From the NCBI GenBank assembly GCA_964016885.1, contig OZ024743.1, forward strand, positions 71,796,001 to 71,860,000: DNA of 64,000 bases. Reading direction: 5' to 3'. Position numbers and translations under genes: made by a program. Source of the DNA: Eledone cirrhosa. Taxonomy: Eukaryota. How positions within the stretch are numbered: position 1 is the first letter of the stretch; each line of letters starts with the position of its first letter. This document shows, piece after piece, positions 30,524 to 44,730 of the stretch. The notes under the pieces are model-generated. The model made no database searches. It was not told the origin of the DNA and was given only the letters and a program-made list of their open reading frames with translations.

Positions 30524-30897
30524 TATCTTTCCCTTTATCTCTCTCTCTCTCTCTCGCTTTCTTTCTTAATATATATATACATACATATATATACATAAAT
30601 ATATATACATACATATATATATTTATATGGTAACACGTTGTATAAAGCATTCTTGTGTTTGCGTAAGTTTCAGCATAAAATAAATTTATATCTCTTTGTT
30701 GTATTGTATCTAGATATTCTTTCTTTGGACTATAACAAAATGTGCATTTCTTTCATAAAAATAGATACATAAATAGATCGATAAATAGTCAAAATGATTA
30801 ATTGATATCAATTACTATATAAATATGTAGCTACATATATCCATAGAATATTAAATAGTGAGGGAGAGAAAAGAGAGATATAAATACAAACATACAT

Positions 30898-30977
<80 letters not shown>

Positions 30978-31025
30978 GTATATATATATATATGAGAGAG
31001 AGAGATGTATATATATATATATGTG

Positions 31026-31058
<33 letters not shown>

Positions 31059-31059
31059 A

Positions 31060-31097
<38 letters not shown>

Positions 31098-31592
31098 GAG
31101 AGAAAGAGAGAGATGTGAAACATTGCAATAGAATAAAAACAAATGATAAGATATATGATATATATGGAAGCATTAATTTTAAGTATACACCACCAATATA
31201 ACTACGTATATATGTCAATGCAACTATTGATCTTATTCTATACACATCTGAACAAAAGCACTTTGCATATTTTTATCGTAAGTTTATGTATATATGCAGA
31301 GACCCATCCCTACACACGTACATATATGTGGATTTGGTTCTGTGTGAGTGAGTGTTAATGTGGTTCATGTAAAGAAATATATGTTGTACGATCAATTATT
31401 TTACAATGGTACGTGAAAGCTAAAAAAACAGTCGTCGTTCTGTATTTTTTTCCGTATACTAACATTCGTTTTCCCACTTTAATAAACCACTTAAAACGAA
31501 AATTAGTATACAAATGTGTTTTAAACTTTCATGTATGTACGCACACAAACAGTTACTGAGACATATATACAATCACACGTATACATAGATTC

Positions 31593-31706
<114 letters not shown>

Positions 31707-31752
31707 TACATATTTTAATCTATATATGCATATAAGAATTCTATATTATTTA

Positions 31753-31822
<70 letters not shown>

Positions 31823-31844
31823 TATATATATATAGACACGTATG

Positions 31845-31896
<52 letters not shown>

Positions 31897-31914
31897 TATA
31901 TATAGACACGTATG

Positions 31915-31957
<43 letters not shown>

Positions 31958-32393
31958 GTATGTATGTGAGACATAAAAGAGAAACGCAGAGAAGTGATAA
32001 CGTGCTTCGATCATTCGTTGAGGCAATTAAGTGTGTAAACATATGTGTGTAATATAAACAGTCAGATTGACTGCTCTTATATGTGACATAAATAAACTGT
32101 CCTTGTTTGAACGTGAGCTTAGACTATAACTGGACATGAACTGATGCTAACAGTAAAATGTAATATTAAGGAAATTAATAAAAAAAGGAAAAAGGAACGG
32201 TAAAGGAAGAAAGGGAGCTGAAGAAAATGAAGGTTAAGATTTCGATTAGTTAAACAGAAATATCACCCGCCTCGTTTTAACAGCCATCTCAAGTCATATC
32301 ATATGTATTTTGGTTCTCTTCAGAAAATTATATTTCTTTCATAAACGCAAAAGCCTATACATCCGACTTCCACGCCCATATATATATATATGA

Positions 32394-32567
32394 AAAAGTA
32401 TGACCCTGACAGCAGAGCTCAAGTCGTTTCGATGGCTATTTCTGGACTGAAATAGCCGTCGAAACGGCTTGAGCTCTGCCGTCGGGGTCATACTTTTGCC
32501 TATTACCCACTCTACTACCCCAACTATTAAGTACTCTGGTGCGTTATGGTCCATAACTCCTTCGTTA
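32394..32567 (+). mobile_element. Hairpin mini-element (49-bp arms) carrying the 3' half of an HHR
   Basis: Arms 32394-32442 and 32449-32497. GAAA-CGGC-TTGAGCTCT-GCCG-TC. Second copy at 41632-41810. Confidence 0.75.
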
Positions 32568-33559
32568 TATATATATATATATATTATTCAAAATATTACG
32601 TTCACATAATCAAAATATATGTTTTATTATATATATTTCGATGATAAAGAAGAGAGAAAAAGGAGAGAAGATAGAAGAAGGAGAGAGAGAGAAGAGGCAA
32701 GACGTAAATGCAAAAAGGAAAGAATGAAAGAAAGAAAGAAAGAAAGAAAGAAGAAAGGGACATGATGCGTGACCGTTGTTTTCAAATATTAAGTCAAATA
32801 GAAGTGACCAATGAAATACCGTGAAATTTTTAATATCTTTTGTTTGAACTAATTATACTAATATATCATATCAAAATTAAACACTATAAAAATATTTTCT
32901 ATAATATTCAGAAGCATAGTTCAATTAATAAATATATTCAATATTTTGTTACAAAATTCAAAAATCAAAAACATTTTTACCTATCAAGCAGGTTTACAAA
33001 CATAATAAATATGTATGAGGATATCTACTGATGGTGATGTTCGCATATTACCAACAGTATATGCATTTTATACAATGTTTAGAATTATTATTTGAATTCA
33101 TCTTTTTACATTATAAATATTTGTCATTTACTTATAGGATTAATAAGTAGTTATATTTACACTTGATTATTTCGATTTTAATTTCATAACTATATCATAA
33201 TATCATAATATATGTAGTTTCACTTTAAGGATTAATATCATGTTAAATATACATTATTAATCCATTTGGATAGAAAGAAAATTATATACGAAGAATGTAA
33301 ACAAAAGTAGGCAATCCATATGTAATCATTTATATTAACTAAGTGCTTTGAAAGCCAGAAGATATTTCAAACCGCGAATTCAGAAAATTCTAGTTATAAA
33401 ATGACGATTCTAAAAACCGAAGTTAGGATAGTGAGTCACATCATGACATTAATTTACTATATAAAACAAACCGATATACAATTTTTAAGGTAAGGCAAAA
33501 CATTATATACATTAATAATAATTCAAGAATTATTAATAATAATAATCAATATTTATCCC

Positions 33560-34117
33560 CCTTAGTCAGTATTTTTTTTCTAAATTTGTATGATGCTTGA
33601 AATGTCTTTCAGGATTTATGGAGCTAAGTTGCAAATAATTCATTTTTCTTATTAATTAAATTACCATAATTGGTAATTATTAATAGAGTTTCTAAATTGC
33701 AAAGATTGCAATCTGATGAAATGGAAGCGTTCCGATAGGACTCAGCTAAGTTTACACCAAGAAATTGAGTATTTAATATTTTTCTCTTTTAAAGACCATA
33801 TTAATTGTGATAATGAAGTAGAACATTTTTTATCTGGAATTGAGAAAGAATGTTTATGATTGGAAAAGGAAAACTTAAGGTTCGATGAAGTGGCAACAAT
33901 GTATTATTATTATTTGTCTTAATGGTACATTTATATACTAAATTCTTATCAAGGCAATTATTTTGTAAAGGGCATTCAGATTTCCTTCTACAGTTACAGT
34001 TTAATTCTGTGTTATTTCTATAACCTAAGGTATTCGTATTATCATTGTTATTATTTCTAGGTGTTCTACTATTATTCGTATTTAAACTATTGTTATTGCT
34101 ATTCACATTAACTACTC

Positions 34118-34177
<60 letters not shown>

Positions 34178-34603
34178 AGTTGCATTTATCTTGCTTTATC
34201 TTCATACGAGTTATCACCAAGTCACAACCAGTGACCTCAAGAGACAACAAGGTCCGCCATGTTCAAGAAAGAACATACATACTCACACATGCATCTTTAG
34301 TGTTTAGACTTGTGATGTTCTTATATTGACAGAATCTTCCTTAGTATATGCGCAGTTCCCATTAGTACTATCTTTTGTATTTCTCCTATACGCGGGTTTC
34401 CTGGGATTTGCGATAAGTAATCATTAGACCCCTTAGGTATCATTCCTAGAGCGCCTACAACCACTGGTATTGTTTTAGTTCTCAATTTCCACATTTTTCC
34501 AATTTCTATCTCCAGGTCCTTATACTTGCTCAATTTTTCAAAAGTTTTTATATATACATTTTTGTCTATTGGAGCGGACATATCAATTAGCAGACATACC
34601 CCC

Positions 34604-34674
<71 letters not shown>

Positions 34675-35955
34675 GCTAATTATATGCTGGTTCAAATTAA
34701 GAATTTTTGTTATTAATTTTTGCAACATTTTGAGCAATATTCATAGTTGTTGAATAAGAGAGTTTAACAGTGTGTCTATTGAAGATAGAGTAATACTTAT
34801 GTGATCTAGGGAAACATTTATCCAAGGCTTTAAAAAATAAATGTGCTAAAGTTGTTTTAATAGCTAAAGATGCTGGTGGGGCATACCAAATTATAGATCT
34901 AGTCCTATTTTTTTCCCCGATTTATTCTCCAAGTTGTTATTTATACAGTCAATTTTATTTTTATTATCATTATTATGAATATTGTGTTTATAATTAATAT
35001 TATTTACTACATATTCAATATTATTTTTATATCCTGCTTTATGTAACGCTTTATTATAATATCCAGCTTTACTATTAAAAATGGATCTGTAAGCAGCTAG
35101 TCTGGATAGTCGTTGTTGGACACTATTGAGTATTGCATTTTTAACACTTCTAGGTTGATTAGAGTAAAAGCTAACATAATTTAGGTTTTCATTGAGTTTA
35201 TGGAAGGTGTAATAAAGGCCTACGTTTAAATTAAGGGTTACGTCTAAAAAGTTAACTATTTTATTGTTATTTTCTACTTCTAATTTCAGGTCGTAATTTT
35301 TAAAGAATTCTATAATTACTTTCTTTACTCTATTTAATTCGCTATTATTATGTCTAACTACAGTAAATAATATGTCATCTCTATATAAACCACCGGTAAT
35401 CTCCGGCAATTTTCTATTTATCATATTAAAGATCAAAATTCCTACAAGATCGGTAACTTGCGCAGAATCGGACGAGCCCATAGTAATGTCGAAAATGTTC
35501 TGCCTATCCGAACGAGTCCGAAAATCTTGCCGTTAAAATAATATTTATCTCATCACTAGATAGATCAGTGTGTTTATATGCATATGAAAGCGCCGTATTC
35601 AAGAGGTTAAGAGTTATTGAGGAGTAATAACTCGCTATGTCCATTTGAATGAATATATGATTTTTCTTATTTTCGATATTATTGAACCTATCTATGGCTT
35701 CATTAGTGCCTTCCGTAAGTTAAGCCTTGACCTCAATTTTAACGTTGGCAAAATCCCATCTATTATGTTTTTACTAATTATTCCAAGGTCTGAAATCGAA
35801 AGTCCTCTTCGAAATTTCCTTTATCGTCTTTAACATTTATCCGCGGTTGCCTTGGTATGAAAGGTTCGGTCTTCTTTTCTATTCCGAGCCTGGTGATTAT
35901 TTCAAAAGCATCATTATTGATATCCACTAGATCTTCATTCGGGGCTTTTCTGGTA
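33560..35955 (-). pseudogene. Decayed Nematis-like PLE (RT + GIY-YIG), frameshifted
   Basis: MGSSDSAQVTDLVG..GGLYRDD..VNFLDVTL; CNCRRKSECPLQNNCLDKNLVYKC; CNLC..E..LINRKNE. Confidence 0.85.
34178..34603 (-). mobile_element. R4/Dong-like LINE 3' fragment (restriction-like endonuclease) inserted in (TAA)n
   Basis: CLLIDMSAPIDKNV..EKLSKYKDLEIEI..MW..IPVVVGALG..IQKIVLMGTAHILRK*. (TTA)n on both sides. Confidence 0.85.
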
Positions 35956-37087
35956 TATATATATATATTTATATATATATATATGTGTGTGTGTGCGTAT
36001 ATATGTATGTATATATATAACACAAATAGTTTATCGCTCTCCATAGCTGAATACAATAATTGTAATCTGAGTTTTTCGAATATTAATAATAATATTCGAT
36101 TTATTTTCACTTATGCAAACACCCTCTTTAGGATATATCAGTAGAATGACCTCATCATTCATGCACACAGAACTGCAGACACTAATGTTTTGGGGGTGAT
36201 TACCCTTCATCATTACAGTATGCTGCTTAACTGCCAAATGTCAGAGCTAGTCAAAATATATAATATTTTCTAGAATATACAGTGTCTGATCGGCCTCACA
36301 ACCAGATCTGCATATTAGCAGACCCACTGATCAGCCAGATTTGCATATCAGTAGATAGGCCAGTCAGTTTCTTATATATATATATAATATGCTTTGAATA
36401 TTCGTAAAACTGGAGTATTTTCAGCGTGATGGGTAAGCGTAAACAGCTCGATACTATTTACACAGTAAATATTTTTTGTAGGGGGTTAAGGTATAACAAC
36501 AAATCGAACGGAGAGTGGCAGAAAAGGGAGAAAGAGAGTCTAAATTATGAGTTGAGAAATGAGAGGGTTATAGAGAGTAAGAAGGGAAGAGGAGAGGAGA
36601 AAATGGGGACGAAAACGATGGAGCAGGACTTTTGGAGAAAGACGAAGATATAGATAGAAAGATGGAGAGAGTACACTAACAAGAAAAAGGAAATTAGCGT
36701 TATATGAATCGTCAGCTTCCCAACAATACTGTAATATAGTTTCGCGAAAGAGGGAAGGACTATGTATAGATTAAGTCTAGCAGCAGAAATCAAATATATG
36801 TTGTTGAAACGCTAGAATAGAGGAACGAGAGAGTAATGGGGCACGTCCACGTGAAGCTACCACGAGCGAAAGAAAGGCTGTCTACTGTTCGAAAAGGAGC
36901 AACAGTAGGCGGAATTAACAGTAGTGGCAGTGGCAAAAATAAAGGGAGTCAATGGCGGCAGATGCGAAGATTGAATCTGTTTGATATTCGAACGGAAACA
37001 TCAGCAGCAGTAAGCGGAAGTCACAATGACAAAAATAAAATGAAAGGGAGGCGAAAACGGGAGAAACAAAAATAGATTGAGTGGTGA

Positions 37088-37124
<37 letters not shown>

Positions 37125-37341
37125 AAGATGTTTATGCAGGAAACAAAAACAGCGCTACCCAAGATTTCAAGTTCCATATTTGACTATAGCTCCAGGAAGC
37201 AAGAGGCATCAACATCTTCAGGCGCTAATACAAGTTTATCTACAGATATTGCTACACACACACACGCGCGCGCACACACACATACATATATACATAAGAA
37301 AAATAAGTTGAAAATAAAATTGCATTCTTTAAGAACATTAT

Positions 37342-37496
37342 ATAAATTTACCGGTTTCACAAGTTTCATGTTTTTCAAAGGTTAAACGAGATGGAGAGAT
37401 GTGTAGCTATGCTAATTTGTTAATCGCATATCCACACATCGCTCCATTTTTCTTAACTTTTGAAAATCATGTAACTTGTGAAACCGGTAAATTTAT
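37342..37496. mobile_element. Hairpin element with two U3/A8-type minimal HHRs (37344-37383 minus; 37455-37494 plus)
   Basis: AACTT-TTGAAAA-TCA..TGT-GAAA-CCGG-TA-AATTT. The arms are reverse complements. Confidence 0.6.
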
Positions 37497-37599
37497 GAAT
37501 TATGGTAAATAAATCCTTTTAAAGATTCCAATTGCATTGTCAACTTCTGTTTCCAAACTTTTTACCCGTGTGGGATATATTCGAAAACAGTTCATTCGA

Positions 37600-40555
37600 A
37601 TATATCAATCTGTATCAAGTGGAGCGCAGTACTTACCATCAACTGCTACATAATGCTATAACTAAGGATTGCCGTAAAACTAATCGGAGCGTCATTACTG
37701 AAATTAACGATGCTGGGTTTAAAATCACCTCTGATCTCAACATGGTGGACCGTCCTGAATTACAGAACCCTATTTCTCCCCACTTTACCCTGAAGGATCA
37801 CAAACACAATTTTGTCAACAACCCTCCTATTCGGCTTATTAACCTTACGAACTCCGATTTAGGTGGACTTAGTAAAAGGATTTTAAATAGAATTATACCT
37901 GAAATTAGAAGCTTGGCCCCTCTTGCACTGTGAAACAATTCTTTCGCGATTATTGATTGGTTCAATTGCCTATACAACAAGGAACATTGCCGTTTTATCC
38001 AATTCGACATCAATAACTACTAATCCTCCATCACTTTACAACTTCTTAGAGCTATCAATTTCGCTAAAACACTCACAGTGGTTAAGGGTTTCGAAGTTGA
38101 TGTCATCCTCAATGCCTGTAAGTCGGTGATTAATTTTGAAGACTCTATTTGGATTAAAAAAATCTAATAGTACCCCATTCGACGTGTGTATGGGCCCCAG
38201 CGATTCTGCGGAGGTTACTGATCTTATCGGCCTTTTCCTTCTTTTCTCTATCAAGGAAGAATTCCCCAACGTGGGTGGTGGTCTGTACCATGTAGACGGT
38301 CTTTTGACCATGTCTAAGTGCGGCCCACGTGCTTGCGACAGGTTTAGAAAACTCACAGCCTTCTTTAAATGCTTGACCCTCTCCTTACAGATAGAGGCCA
38401 ACCTCTCGATCGTTAATTACCTCGACGTTACCCTCAATTTGTCGAATGGCTTGCACTACCCGTATAGAAAGCCGAATGATACGCTTAATTACATACGTAA
38501 GCATTCTAAATACCCTGTCAGCATAACCAAGAACCTAGTAAGAAACGTTTCTTTGAGGCTTTCCCGTCTATCTACTAACGAGCATTATTTCAACGACCAT
38601 TCCACATATTACAATGAAGCTCTTGCTCGGAGTGGATTTGTCGATAAGGTAGCATATGAAGAGTACGAGAATAGAACTAGGGAAATAAATTCCGACGCAT
38701 TATATGGTATAACCCACCATATAATATGGAGATGGCCACACCATTAGCTAAGATCTTTCTCTCCTTTATTATGAAGCATAAATATAGTAACATTTTTAAT
38801 AGAAATACCATTAAAATTTCTTACTCTACGACTTCTAACGTAGCACATAACATCACAGCTTCGAATTTAGCTAAATTACCTAGCCGTAGGAACAGGTGCA
38901 ACCCTGTAGCCAGTACTAACTGTAATTGTAGGAATCGGTTTGACTGTCCCCTACCCGGGAAATGCCTCTCTAGTAACATTGTCTAAAAATGTAAGGTTGA
39001 AACACCCACGTCCCGTAGGGCTTACATAGGGTTAACCGCCAATAAATTCAAGCAGCGTCTTTACGTGCATACCCATTCTTTTCTTAACCGCTTAAGAAGG
39101 AATATGACGTCACTTTCTGCTTATATCTGGAGTCTAAAAGACAACCACACCCAATATAAGTTACACTGGGAGATCCTAGCTAAAACTAGATCTTATAACG
39201 GAAATAAAAAACCATGTGACCTCTGCACCGCTGAGGCTCTGGAAATATTCTACTCCAAAGACCACATCTTAAACAAAAATCTGAGGCAATATCGGCTTTT
39301 AACATGAATTGCACAACACTTTACTGTATTACAGCCCCACATTATACCCTAACGGATAGTACGAACTATACGCGGATATTTTACGTCTTGATGTGGTAGC
39401 TAAGTATATGTTATGTTTATACCTTTACTTATTTGTATAGGTAAGTATATATTACCTGTATGTTTTGTGAAGGTACGTATACATTCTCATACGTATATTT
39501 GCTTGTATATGTTATGGCGTATATATTATATATACTGCTACATGTGCATTTGGTTATGTGTATACGTGAGTTTTGCGTCTCTGTGATTATGCGTGTTCGT
39601 ACGTATGTAGGGTGTGTGTATATGTATAATTTGTGTTTTGGTTGACGTGCGTCTGCGACCATATGTGCATTTACATGTAAGTATGTGTGTGCGCGCGTTA
39701 TATACGTATTTATGTGTGTATATCTATTTACGTTTATCTAATTATGTATACGCGCACACACACACATATATATATGATTTTTTAATATATATTTTTATGT
39801 GTATTTGGGGTATACGTTCGTATGTGTGCGGGTACAGGCGTTGCGTGGGTTCTGTATGTGCGTGCATTTTTTTGGGGGGTGGTACGTGCTTGTATTTGCA
39901 TATCAATGATGAGTGTTTTCGCGTATGCTTGTGTCTGTACGTATATGGATGCGTGTATGTATATATTTATTTCAATTACCTCTGTATTTTATTTACTTTA
40001 TTCTTAACTCTGAAGCCGAGCATCATTTGGTTTCCTAAATATAATTTTAGTCTACGACTTCAGCTATACCATTTTCGTGGTTTTGTCTTTGCGAGTAATT
40101 GTTCTCACCGCACCACATAATGACGTATTATCTTCGGTTTTTCCGTTCATTGCCAGAGAACATATCCACGAACCATGTAATAGAATATTAGTCTACAACT
40201 TCATTGATAACATAAACGTGGTTTTGTCTTTGCGTGTAATTGTTTTCACCGCTCCAAATAATGACGTATTATCTTCGTTTTTATCCCGTTCTTTGCCAGG
40301 AAACGTTTCCACGAACCAAAGCATCGTCTTCCTGTGTTCATTCGGTTACAACGTTTTTTGAAATAATTACTTGTCTTCACAGATTGACTTTTTTAGTTTC
40401 AGAAGATTCCGTTAAGAGTGAAAGCAGCGATTCTTTGCTTAAACTTTACTCTGTTATTTTAATAAATATTTGCTCTACGGTTCTTATATATCTAATATAT
40501 ATTTATCCTTATCGAGCCCTCTTTGCATTTTAGTCTTCAAATTTATTATTATTAC
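37600..40555 (+). mobile_element. Decayed Nematis-like PLE with 3' UTR and terminal HHR-like motif (40395-40445)
   Basis: TLKDHKHNFVNNPPIRLIN, FDVCMGPSDSAEVTDLIG, VNYLDVTL, CNCRNRFDCPLPGKCL, CDLCTAE. Stops and frameshifts. ~140-bp tandem duplication at 40038-40318. Confidence 0.88.
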
Positions 40556-40581
40556 TATATATATTTATATATATGTATATA

Positions 40582-41071
<490 letters not shown>

Positions 41072-41156
41072 TAATTAAAGGAATTTCAACTTTATCTGAT
41101 TTACTAGTTTTCAACTGACAGTTGAAAATTGCAAACTTGACTGTCACCACAGAATA

Positions 41157-41195
41157 TGAATCTGAAGATTGCGAAAGCATGAAAGTACTTGTTCA
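41157..41195 (+). ncRNA. Minimal type I HHR, intact; second copy of the 22318-22550 family (41118-41347)
   Basis: TGAAT-CTGAAGA-TTGCGAAAGCAT-GAAA-GTAC-TT-GTTCA. Confidence 0.85.
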
Positions 41196-41342
41196 ATTAA
41201 CACTTAACATTTACTATTTTACCATACTATTTCATTCTAATACCATTATACATTTTAAAGGATTGCAAATAAAACGAGTAAATCAGACAAAGTTGAAATT
41301 CCTTTTATTAATATAAACTTCTATACACAATCATACACACCC

Positions 41343-41433
<91 letters not shown>

Positions 41434-41439
<6 letters not shown>

Positions 41440-41612
41440 ATAGAAGGAGCTTCTACAGGACTAGTACTGTTTCATTCAGATGAAATTTCATCTGAATGAA
41501 ACAGTACTAGTCCTGTAGAAGCTCCTTCTATAAAATAAAAAAAATTACTCTTCCATGTATTGAGTACCTTACGTACTGTGGTTATCCCCGACTCAACCCG
41601 GGACCTACGTAT
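41434..41612 (+). mobile_element. Perfect 104-bp palindrome (41434-41537) plus ~75-nt tail
   Basis: 52-bp arms with no spacer or mismatch, axis at 41485/41486. Contains GAAA-C-AGTACTA-G-TC. Confidence 0.85.
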
Positions 41613-41631
41613 ATATATATATATATATATA

Positions 41632-41805
41632 TAGAAGGAGGCGTGGTAAGGAACCAGATGGACCCCAACGCACCAGAGTACTCAATACTTAGAATAGTAG
41701 AGTGGGTAATAGGAAAATGTTTAACCCCGACAGCAGAGCTCAAGCCTTTTCGAAACTAGAAATAGCCGTCGAAACGTCTTGAGCTCTGCCGTCGGTGTTA
41801 AACAT

Positions 41806-41810
<5 letters not shown>
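41632..41810 (-). mobile_element. Hairpin mini-element, copy 2 of 32394-32567
   Basis: GCACCAGAGTACT..AATAGTAGAGTGGGTAATAGG..GACAGCAGAGCTCAAG, followed by an inverted arm. Confidence 0.75.
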
Positions 41811-41844
<34 letters not shown>

Positions 41845-42239
41845 TTGTGGCCGTTGCAGTGTAGCAAAGCAGCCGCAGACTGAGGCCATCCGTCACCATC
41901 CCGTATCAGCAATTGGCATTGTTGTTGTTTGGTGCGTTTCAAAGTAGGTTCATGTGTTTTTCCTTGTTTGCTGTATATTTGTTCCCGTTCAAGTTAAGGA
42001 GAAAAGATATATATATAGTTTAAGTAAAAATCGTTATGCCAACAAAGTTTCAAACTAAATGTAGTTTCATGGACGGTCAACATAAGTTTATTCATATTAT
42101 TACATATATGATCTGTAAAAGTATTTGGAATAAAAAATCCGACGTTTCGTATGAATGCATGGATAAAGGGTAAAGTCCGCATTCGGTCACGAATGACAAT
42201 AGGCCTTGCACCTAGAAAGTTCCCATCCGAGGCATAAGT

Positions 42240-42486
42240 CCGTTCAAGGTTGTTTGTGGAAGACCAATCTCCACTCTCCCCACTACCGATGTTGTTCAAG
42301 GGAAAGGCAATGGCCGATACAGCTTGGCACCTGTGACAACGCAACTCCCTCCTGCAGCTGTATGAACTGGAGCAACAAGAAATAATTATCTTGCTCAAGT
42401 ACACATCGCAAAGTCCGGTCTGAGAATCGAACTCACAGCCCCACGATTGTAAGCCTGACGCCCAAATCACTAAGCCATGCACCTTC
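42240..42486 (-). mobile_element. CORE-like tRNA-SINE
   Basis: A/B boxes and the TTGAGCAAGA segment on the minus strand. Confidence 0.7.
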
Positions 42487-42671
42487 ACTGAATGCAGAGG
42501 TAGATAACACATAATGCTCAGATTATGCTAGAGAGATATCAATATACATTTAATGGAGCTTGAGAAAGGAGCTTATTTATCCCTTATATTTTTCTGTTTA
42601 TCTTTCTGGAAAAGTGTTAGAAGAACAAAAACTTTTCGTCTAGTCTTTTCGGCTATTGTGTACACACACAG

Positions 42672-42792
<121 letters not shown>

Positions 42793-43224
42793 TACATACA
42801 TACATACATACATACATACATACATACATGTATGTATGTAAACGAATGCGTGTATTTTTGAATGTTTACTTATATTCTTATGCTTTTATTTCCAACCCTC
42901 ACATAAATCATGCCTATTTTGTTTCTCTTCAGGCGCCATATATGTCAGTTATATTTGATGATAACCATATATTATCACATACATATCTTCTTTGGATATT
43001 CACTACCCTCAGCCAGTAAACTGATCGTGTAATAAGTAGCAGAAGAAAATCAATAATTGACTATATGTAATATCTTTCCCAGAATTACAGAACATATAAG
43101 TCTAAGTAGATTTAATATTGTTTTAACAACGTTTCATATATTCATTCATATCTATTGGAATATTGTTTTAGTAAATTATTTCTTTATACGTTTTCAATCA
43201 CTTATTCCAATATTTTAGAAAGTC

Positions 43225-43505
43225 ATCTCCTTCTTCGCCCACTTATCCCCGAAATAGTGGTGGGGGCCGAATCCTCAAACACTCCTTCCATCGGGTCCTG
43301 TCAGAGGCAACTGTCTCCAACTAATCTGGCTGGATCCCCAAGCGAAATCGGTCAAGCTCACGGATGTTATCCAACCACTCTTCTCGGGTTTTCCTCTGGG
43401 TCTCCTGCTGATTGGTTTTGTCCGTAAAATCTGTCCAGCAAATCTTTCCGGAGGCATTCTAAACACATGCCCGTAGTATCGAAGCTGCGATCTCTCAATT
43501 CAGCC
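43225..43505 (-). mobile_element. RTE LINE 3' fragment
   Basis: LRYYGHVFRMPPERFAGQIL..RRPRGKP. Confidence 0.7.
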
Positions 43506-43699
43506 TTCCTTCTTTACACGTCCTCACGTTTATTAGTCTTCGCTTTTGATTGTATCGCACTGCTTGGTTTAGAGATGTGAGGGATTTCAAAGTCAATGAA
43601 CGTATGGTGGAATACTGTGGTTAGTTATCCTATATGTCAATCTTACGCACAGAAGGATGTCAGCTTTTCCCAAATTTACGCTGTGAAGACGCGAGATAT

Positions 43700-43953
43700 G
43701 TGTTTTGTGTGTGTGATAGCTCACACCTATGCAGGTTTAGCTGGGCTCCTCCAAGGTATATCTCGTTGGGGGTATTTTGGGTGATTTAATGATAGGAATC
43801 CCAGTCCTATCATCTCATTTCTACAACTGAGTAAACTGGAGCAACGTGAAATAAAGTGTCTTGCTCAAGGAAACAACACATCACTCAGTCAGAGAATTGA
43901 ACTCACGACATTTCGATTGCAAGCCCAATGCTCTAACCACTAAGCCATGCGCC
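43700..43953 (-). mobile_element. CORE-like tRNA-SINE, full length
   Basis: Reverse-complement match to 19978-20215. Confidence 0.8.
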
Positions 43954-43999
43954 ATGACATGTTTCTACATAAGTCATCATTCTTTTGAAGACCTAATTT

Positions 44000-44730
44000 C
44001 AGCTGAGCATGGTTAACCACAGAAATACTGGTCAGGCTGTGTGCCTGCTTCAATGCAGCATGGTTAACCACAGAAATACTGGTCAGGCTGTGTGCCTGCT
44101 TCAATGCAGCGTGGTTAACCACAGAAATACTGGTCAGGCTGTGTGCCTGCTGCAGTGTAGCATGGTTAACCACAGAAATACTGGTCAGGCTGTGTGCCTT
44201 CTTCAGTGCAGCATGGCTAACCGCAGAAGAACTTGTTGGTAGGTTATATACATCAGCTCAGCACGGCTAACCACAGACGTATTTGGCTGTTTGGCACCTA
44301 CTTCAGCTCACAATGGCTATCTGCATAAGTACTTTGTTGTTTTGTATCTGCTTCATATCAACACTGCTAACGACAGAAATACTTAGCTGTTTTGTACCTA
44401 CTTCAACTCATCACGGCTAACTACAGTGATAATTAGCTGTTTGGTACCTATTTCAGCTCAGAATGCTTAACCACAGAAATACTTGTCAGGTTAAATGCAT
44501 ACTTCAGTTCAGCATGGTTAGCTAGAGAAGGACTTTACTGTTTTGTAAATATTTCAGCTCAGCACGGATAATCATATCAGTACCTGGCTGTTTGGTACAT
44601 GCTTCACGACAACACTGCTAACCACAGTGGTACTTGCGTGTTTGGTACCTACTTCAGCCCAGCACTACTATCCAAAGAAGCACTTGGCTGTTTCGTACCT
44701 ACTTTAACTCAGCATGGCTAACCACAGAGC
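44000..44730. repeat. 51-bp minisatellite, ~14 units
   Basis: AGCATGGTTAACCACAGAAATACTGGTCAGGCTGTGTGCCTGCTTCAATGC. First four units near-identical, the rest diverged. Confidence 0.9.

Noticed and set aside
44000-44730. CRISPR array
   Set aside because: Contiguous tandem units without unique spacers, eukaryotic context, no cas genes.
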